64,000 bases of DNA from Octopus vulgaris (Eukaryota), in assembly GCA_951406725.2 (NCBI GenBank), contig OX597818.1, positions 64,852,001 through 64,916,000 of the forward strand, read 5' to 3'. Each line of letters starts with the position of its first letter. The stretch's first letter is position 1. Positions 56,199 to 64,000 of this stretch are shown here, piece after piece. The notes under the pieces are model-generated. The model worked only from the letters and a program-made list of their open reading frames with translations, did not search any database and was not told the origin of the DNA. The translations under genes were made by a program, and so were the position numbers.

Positions 56199-57169
56199 GG
56201 TATCCATGTATCTCTGGGAAGATCTGTGAACACCTCCTTGATCTTGGTCACTAGCTAGGCCATGGTGTTGCAGGTAGGGTGGATAGTGCGTGTCTCACTA
56301 TAGACGTTAAACGTTAGAAACTTTTGAAACTGTTAAACGTTAATGTGAAAATTAATATAAAATTAAAACTCCGATGAATCTAAAGGTTGATGCACAAGCA
56401 TTCAACTATGAGTGCATTGTAACTTGTAGCAGAAACAGTTGTTAAATAATGAAAATAATGACAAGATATTTCTTCGCTTCCCATTCTAATTTCTCATGCA
56501 GATATGTGTATGTGAGCGCTCATGTGCAAGTGTGTATCGGGTGTTTGTCTGCCGCAGAGATATCTGCGTATTCTTTCTTTAGGCATCGAAACTTGCCGAT
56601 GCATCATTTTTAGCGGGAATGCTCTTGACAGTGCCCTTACTTTTGAAATCCGATTTGTTTATTTCCATTCCAAATTTACATGCATAAACACATTTGCATA
56701 CACATATACACAGAAATATATGCATATAACGTAATATATCACGTGTATGTGCGTATGTGCTGGTGATTGTTAAAGAGCTATGAATGTGTTTATACATGTG
56801 TACATGTATATGTGTGTGCATGCGTGTGTGTGTGTGTGTGTGTATGCGTATGTACGGGTGAGTATGTATATAAGAAATGAAATTTAGTTTTCCTGCATTT
56901 CATGACTTATTTAAATATTTATATTCGCAAGAGGTTTGACATTATATGCAATCCAGTACGTATAATTCGCTTTGCAGATTATACAAACTAGTTACTTACA
57001 TTATTAACATTTTTTCTCGGGCAAACGAAATCTCTCTTGCATTTGCAGTCTTAACCAATTTTCTACTTTTTAAATCTCTCTTTCCCAGAATTTCTTAAGT
57101 ACATTGATATTTAAGCAACATGTATGGTGAAGTAAAACAAAGGACAGTGCGCATTATTTAAAACAAACT

Positions 57170-57990
57170 AGCAAAAACTACTCACAGACACACAATCACA
57201 AATATTGTGCAGAAATTTAAGGAAAACATTACCCCAACCAAGAGTAAAAGTATTGTAAATATCAAAAGAGATCAACTAGATTATTATAGGGACATATCTG
57301 TCTACTTAAAGTATCCGCATATAAGGAACACCGCCGCCTCAAGATGTCTTTGGAATCTGGTTCATGCGTTCCTCATTACATTCCTGAGAAGATATTTGAA
57401 TGTCTCCTTGATTTTGGTCACCAACTTGACTTTGGTGTTGCTGGTAGAGAGGTAAATTTATTTCTCAACCGCACCTCAAACCTAGTAAAACCTCCGACAA
57501 ACATCAGGAGTATTCGGAGTTCTTGTATTGGGAAATTCTGATTCTTTCCGGAAGTATGACAAGTATTCTTTGAACTATGTGACCTACTTCGGCCAGGAAC
57601 TGAACGCAATCTCACATTTTCAATAGACGTGTACATTGTGCGTATGCACTTGTCCAAGGACATGCTGTAATTGTTGGCCGGACTCCAGTGTGTGATCGCA
57701 GTCACAACGCCTGTTTTCTCGTGTCCTGCCGAACTGGGCATTTTTGCCCCCGTTGTAGTTGTCCATGCCAGGACATACAACCTTTATAATATTCAGAAAG
57801 CATTGAGTAACATATTGACACCCGGCGTGAAGTATCATCATACAAGTAACACAACCTCCACCCCCCACTGTAGACAGATGGCTTCCACTCCTCCCTGTCA
57901 GCTAACATTTTATCAGCTATAAATTTAACCTTTCTGATCTCCAACACCGTTGACTCTCCACCAAAATATTTAGCTAATCACAAAAAAAAA
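57170..57990 (+). mobile_element. Possible decayed LINE ORF1 (gag-like) relic
   Basis: GC-richer stretch; VPHYIPEKIFECLLDFG and a broken zinc-knuckle-like C...TGH...C near 57710-57755. Confidence 0.3.
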
Positions 57991-58035
57991 AGACGTACTC
58001 ATTGTCATATCTAGACCGAACATCACATAAATAGA

Positions 58036-58416
58036 TACTCTTTTACTTGTTTCAGTCATTTGACTGTGGCCATGCTGGAGCACCGCCTTTATTCGAGCAA
58101 ATCGATCCCGGAACTTATTCTTTGTAAGCCCAGTACTTAATCTATCGGTCTCTTTTGCCGAACCGCTAAGTAACGGGGACGGAAACACACCAGCATCAGT
58201 TGTCAAGCAATACTAGGGGGACAAACACAGACACACAAACATATACACACACACTTATATATATATACATATATACGACAGGCTTCTTTCAGTTTCCGTC
58301 TACCAAATCCACTCGCAAGGCATTGGTCGGCCCGGGGCTATAGCAGAAGACACTTGCCCAAGATGCCACGCAAGGGGACTGAACCCAGAACCATGTAGCT
58401 GGTTAGCAAGCTACTT
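58036..58416 (-). mobile_element. SINE family B, near complete
   Basis: Reverse-complement homology to 59131-59580. Confidence 0.9.
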
Positions 58417-59130
58417 TTATAAACGTTCGCTGTCCTCTTACTGCACCGTTCTTTTTAAAACTGTTGTAATTTCAACTGCCAGGACTCTCAATTGCGTTGT
58501 TACAATCTCTATCGATCAACCTACAACTCTCTTTCATTCTTTTATTTTTAATGAAGGTCTCTTACGTAAACATTAAAAAGAGTTGTCTGCTATTCGGCAC
58601 ATGATTTACAATTACATATTCTTTGCGAATATTCGAATATTACCATAAGTGCAGGAACGGAACATGCTTACAGATTGCTGTCCATTTTTTTTTTAATACG
58701 CAAGGTCAATTTTTTTTTAATCTCATCAAAAGAAACAAAGGTACAGTAAGGATAATGACTATTATATCCGTATATCAATCAAATCTGATAGATCTAAAAA
58801 TGGTTACGTAATGTTTCAAATCAGTCCCAGAATTTGTCTCATTTCTTTTGGCGATAAGGTTTTTCAGGGTGATATTTAATACGTTTTTATTGCCCCTGAA
58901 AACTATTAGGGTATATGCTTGAACACTCTGCACTCCCGTTCCCGATATCATTGCGTTTCCAGTCTGGAGATATTTAGAGTACATCTCAGGCGCTGACATA
59001 GAATATTGGCTGGTGTGTGTTTATATGTGTGTATGTGTGTGTCTGTGTGTGTTACCTATGTGATTCTATACAAAATTTCGGTTTAAATGGGAAAAACACA
59101 CGCATAAATGTATTTATAGGATATCTATAT

Positions 59131-59580
59131 AGGTGCAGGCGTGGCTGTGTGGCAAATAGATTGCTTACCAACCACATGGTTCCGGGTTCAGTCCCACTGC
59201 GTGGACCCTTGGGCGAGTTTCTACTATAGCTTCGGGCCGACTAAAACCTTGTGAGTGGATTTGGTAGACGGAAACAGAAAGAAGACCATCGTATATATAT
59301 ACATATATATATATATTTGTATTTATATATATATATATGTGTGTGTGTATGTATATATGTGTGTGTATGTTTGTTTATCTCTGTTCGTCCCTCCTACCAT
59401 CGATTGACAACCGATGGTGGTGTGTTTACGTCCCAGTAACGTAGCGGTTCGGCAAAGTGACTGATAGAATAAGTACTAGGCTTACAAAGAATAAGTTCTG
59501 GGGTCGATTAGTTCGACTAAAGGCGGTGCTCCAGCATGGCCGCAGTCAAATTACTGAAAGAAATAAAAGAATAAAAGAAT
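59131..59580 (+). mobile_element. SINE family B, complete, with internal (TA)/(TG) tract
   Basis: tRNA-like head gtggctgtgtgg...ggttcagtccc; tail ccagcatggccgcagtcaaattactgaaag-(aataaaag)n. Confidence 0.92.
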
Positions 59581-59610
59581 GCACCTATACACCCCCCCAC
59601 ATACATACAT

Positions 59611-59644
<34 letters not shown>

Positions 59645-60489
59645 ATTTAATCACATGATGCATACAGTCACGCACATACACGAGTACAAACATGTGTATG
59701 TATACGAATACATATATGTGTGAGTTTGTATACGCGCACACAACACACATACACACATATGCACACGCATATACACACACACAGATACACATACATACAC
59801 AAGCAAACATAAAAGATATTGTTTGTATATTTTGTGGGTTTCTTCACAGAAATCGATAAACATAATTTACAGTAGAATTTCTGAATTTCAATGATGACGT
59901 ATTGATTTCATTGCATAATTTAAAAGATAACTAAAACATAATACACAGATTAAATAATTAACTAATTACTTTCGCTACTGTAATTATGTCGATATATACT
60001 TCTGAAATAAGACTTAATTGGACAATTGAATAATTATTAGGAATTTTCATTCCATCTCTGAATCATCCACCTCATCAGTACTTCGTACTTACAGTTATCA
60101 GTTTCTCTTCATACAACTCTAACTACAATAATTATACTGTATAATTATATACTTGGCGCAATGAAGCGATAATTATTGTCAATTGTTTGTTCTGTTTTAT
60201 TTATGGAAGCCTTATCAAACAAACTGTCATCTTCCTTGTTGTATTATCGTATCTGCTTTAAAATATCTATTGTTTATCTCGTAAATTCGTTGCCCAATCT
60301 TTAAGATTTCTTTAAGATTTATTATCGCGTAAGTGTCGTTTCGTCGTCAAAATCTTCATCGTCGTCGTCGTCATTATCAACACCGCTATCACTACCACTA
60401 CCACCATCACCAACACCACCACCATTATCATCGTCATCATTGCCGTCGTTTTCCTCCGCATCCTCCTGCTCCTCGTCACCATCTACACC

Positions 60490-60724
60490 TATTTCTTTAC
60501 TGCCCACAAAGGGGCTAAACACAGAGAGGGAAACAAGGACAAACAAGCGGATTAAGTCGAATATATCGACCCCGGTGCGGTAACTGGTACTTAATTTATC
60601 GACCCCCGAAAGGATGGAAGGTAAAGTCGACCTCAGCGGAATTTGAACTCAGAACGTAACGGCAGACGAAATACGGCTACACATTTCGCCCGGCGTGCTA
60701 ACGTTTCTGCTGGCTCGCCGCCCT
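60490..60724 (-). mobile_element. SINE family A monomer
   Basis: 15-bp TSD gtcac(c/g)atcta(c/t)acc at 60475-60489 and 60725-60739. Confidence 0.93.
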
Positions 60725-61259
60725 GTCACGATCTATACCGTCAGCAACAACAACAACTGTAACAATAGCAATGACAACATCAGCAGCAACAATAACAAGA
60801 AACACAACAGTAGCAGCAGCAGCAGCAGTAGCAGCAAAAGCCGCAACCTCTGGACAGTATTGCCTCGAGTTCTGTGGCTCCTAGTGCTCGCTGCTAGGTT
60901 TCAGTAGCGTGTAAGTGACCGGAGTCACAACAGTTGATTTAAATGGATCATTCTGTCCCATGGTCAATATTTTAATGAACTGGTGTGGACTGGAGCAATG
61001 CCAACAGAAGTCTGGCAATAATACCTTAATCTTACGATCCTGAATCGAACACCTTTGACATTTAGCCACGTAAACTTTGTAATCATATACGTAAGTAGAT
61101 ATGTGTTTGGTAGTTTTCGGTTATCTGAATGCAGCCAAGATGGAGCACTGCCTTGAGTTTCATTCGAAACTGACACCAATAGTTACTACATTTTGAGCCT
61201 GGTAATTGCCGAACCGCTAACACACCAATATCGCTATTCAGACGGTGGTACAGGACAAT

Positions 61260-61492
61260 AAGGCGGCGAGCTGGCAGAAACGTTAGCATGCCGGGCGTAA
61301 TGCTTAGCGGTATTTCGTCTGACGCTACGTTCTGAGTTCAAATTCCGCCGAGGTCGACTTTGCCTCTCATCCTTTCGGGGTCGATAAAACAAGTACCAGT
61401 TACGTACTGGGGTCGATGTAATCAACTTAATCCGTTTGTCTGTCCTTGTTTGTCCTCTCTGTGTTTAGCCCTTTGTGGGTAGTAAAGAAATA
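61260..61492 (+). mobile_element. SINE family A monomer inserted in a decayed family B copy
   Basis: 16-bp TSD ggtg(g/a)tacaggacaat at 61244-61259 and 61493-61508. Confidence 0.93.
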
Positions 61493-61533
61493 GGTGATAC
61501 AGGACAATCACACACACACGCCTTCGCGCACGC

Positions 61534-61587
<54 letters not shown>

Positions 61588-62564
61588 ACTCGGAGGGTTT
61601 CCTTTCAGTTTCTTTCGACAGAATCCACGCACAAGGCTTAATTCGACCATTAATTTACAGTAGAAGATACTTGGCCAAGTTGTTACTCTTTTGCACTAAA
61701 CCCGGTCCTGTATCGTAGCGAAACACAGGTCTTACCACACAGTTATATTTGCAGCAATAAGAAATTTGGTCTCGATTTTCTACAGCCTATTCTGTAGTAA
61801 ACACTTCAAAACCGCAACAAAGTAATGCTAACAAATTTCAAATTATGTGGAATGAGCCTACTTTAATACACATTAATATAATTCGGTACTGAAAATATTT
61901 TGTTATGACTGGCGAGACGCATTTAGCAATTCTAATGATGCTGTTTAGCATCGCCATTTTAATTTCCTCAAGGAACGCAGTGTAAATAGGGGACAGAGTC
62001 AAGATTATTGAAATGGTTGCAAGACGCAACAAAAATTTTAGGAAAATAAAAATAAGCAATAAGTGGAAATTTTACCGGTGAGTGTGTTAAATCATAAGGC
62101 ACAAAAAGAAAATGACGCTCCCCAGACACAACAGAATATGCTTCAAGACACAAACTCACATAAAGAATCTTGCTAACCAAACCCCAAAACGAAATAATTC
62201 ATAAAACGTTTCATTGAAACTAAAATTGCAACGGAATTTTTATTAAGATTTGTGCTATACTTCTGTTAGATCCATATAACTTAATAAGTAAAAGAACTGC
62301 TTCAGGCCCTGAAGCAGACCTAGCGTAGGGAGATATGTAGTTGATGAGGTCACGAAAAAGCAACGAAAGATCATTCATAAACCTTATTGGTAGGTCCACC
62401 GGGGTATTATTCCCAGTATCGATTATTTCATTGGTCAAGCAGCTCACCAAGTAACAAACAGAAATTGCAGAAGTGAAGCCGAACAAGTGCGTAATGCATC
62501 CCTCGAGACCTAAAACGCTTGAAGATAAGGGTTTACATCAAGAATCTTGCAAATGAAATACACA

Positions 62565-63005
62565 ATTTCCAATCTCTCCAACGCCGCCGGGGTTGCTACA
62601 TCATTTGTGTTATGTGAAAAATATTCCATCAATTTTGAACAAATGATGTTTTCATCAATTTTAAAATCCATCCAAGATTTGGCCCCCGTGCTATCCGCCC
62701 ACTACAAAAATCGAACACGGTACACATAGCACCATTACGTCACAATTACTTTACCTCAACCGGTCCAGCTCACTTTAATACCCATTACAAAATACGTCAA
62801 AACGGAAACGGATTCCATAAAATTCAAACGTTCACTGGACAAATTTCTTCAAAAAACCCCGGATCAACCTTCTACACCTGGATATGTCTCCAACAATAAT
62901 AACTCTTTGCTAGAGTGAGCAATTGTGCCTCATATATGACTAAAAGGCTTCACCGGGTGGTGCTATTAAGTTAGACATGGCCTGGACCTATACTTATCGA
63001 AACCT
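62565..63005 (+). mobile_element. CR1-group LINE ORF2 C-terminus and 3' UTR
   Basis: SLQRRRGCYIICVM*KIF...GPAHFN...FKRSLDKFLQKTPDQPSTPGY...NSLLE. Confidence 0.75.
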
Positions 63006-64000
63006 ATCAAAGTTATAAACATAATGCCTAAAACTGATTCGCAGCAAAATATGGGTAATCTGTGGAATTATTCTGTTACACAGGCTGTACGAGGAATTCA
63101 TTGATGTCATAATGAAATTTAAGTTGATTCACATTCGATGTTCAGGATTCGCTATATTTCAGACATTTTACTTCGCAACAAGCAACAGCACTAAATAGTG
63201 TTTGAACGTGTGTGACATACACAGGGAAATTCTATTAGTGAAATACCGACAAACATGATGAGGGCATCGTAGATAAATGCGAAACTTATGACAGAAAAAT
63301 CAACGATTTGATTCTTGGATGGTATAATGCGTTATGTTAATTTCACTCAGTGCATTCAACTGTAAATGAACCGTAAATAGTTGGGCAGTTAAATCTGAAA
63401 TGGATGGCCTTCCGGTCCAGGTTTAAACGGTCCGGCAGCAAATTTGAAAAGCTATTTACTTATGATTGAAATTTCGTTTTGATATATAAGCATTTTGACT
63501 ACGAATGATGCTGACCATGTGATATGAAACTGCGCCATTTTCGACTGTATTGAAAGATTATACAGTATATTGGTTTTATATCAAATTTTAGGCAAAGTTT
63601 CAAACTTATAAAACAAAAAATATAAAATGCAAGCTTCTAAATATTTTATTGCTTAAAAACTTTAATGCTGGTAGATGATGAATTACTCTGCAAATAAGTG
63701 GGGAAATATGTAACATTCACATCATATTTCTCAAATGCATTGCAGACTAATATATAATCACATTCACATTCTCTTCGTTTTGTAGTTTAGAATCGAAATT
63801 TCAGATGGTGACTGTTATTATTTAAAGGTCAATCCATTCTATTTCTTCGACTACTCCTCCTGAGACTTTCGTGGACGAAGTCAGCGAACAGCTCCTACAA
63901 AGTCACATGAAAAGCAAACATTTTAAAACTTTTCTGCTGCATTTCCAAGTATGATTAACAGAGAGTATGGATATTGTCCAACTCCCTCATTTTTCGACTC

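Noticed and set aside
60322-60546. Acidic Asp/Gly-rich ORF
   Set aside because: Trinucleotide repeat mosaic joined to a SINE

Overview
AT-rich eukaryotic non-coding DNA (intergenic or inside a large intron) with no supportable host protein-coding exon. The dense (TA)n/(CA)n/(TATC)n/(TAA)n microsatellites and tRNA-headed SINE families look like an octopus genome (inference, not verified). Contents: three recurrent SINE families; relics of mariner/Tc1, RLE-type, CR1-type and Tx1-type elements; one variant tRNA-Gly(GCC); and many Penelope-like element (PLE) pieces, two with readable GIY-YIG endonuclease ORFs. The main unexplained signal is about ten type I hammerhead ribozyme (HHR) motifs. They occur in PLE 3' ends docked on (TA)n tracts, in a recent non-coding 585-bp tandem/inverted array (40247-41755), and in the 3' module of a tRNA-headed SINE present three times (candidate Penelope-mobilised, ribozyme-bearing SINE). 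Nearly all supplied ORFs are microsatellite translation artefacts. Coordinates were read by eye and element edges are approximate.
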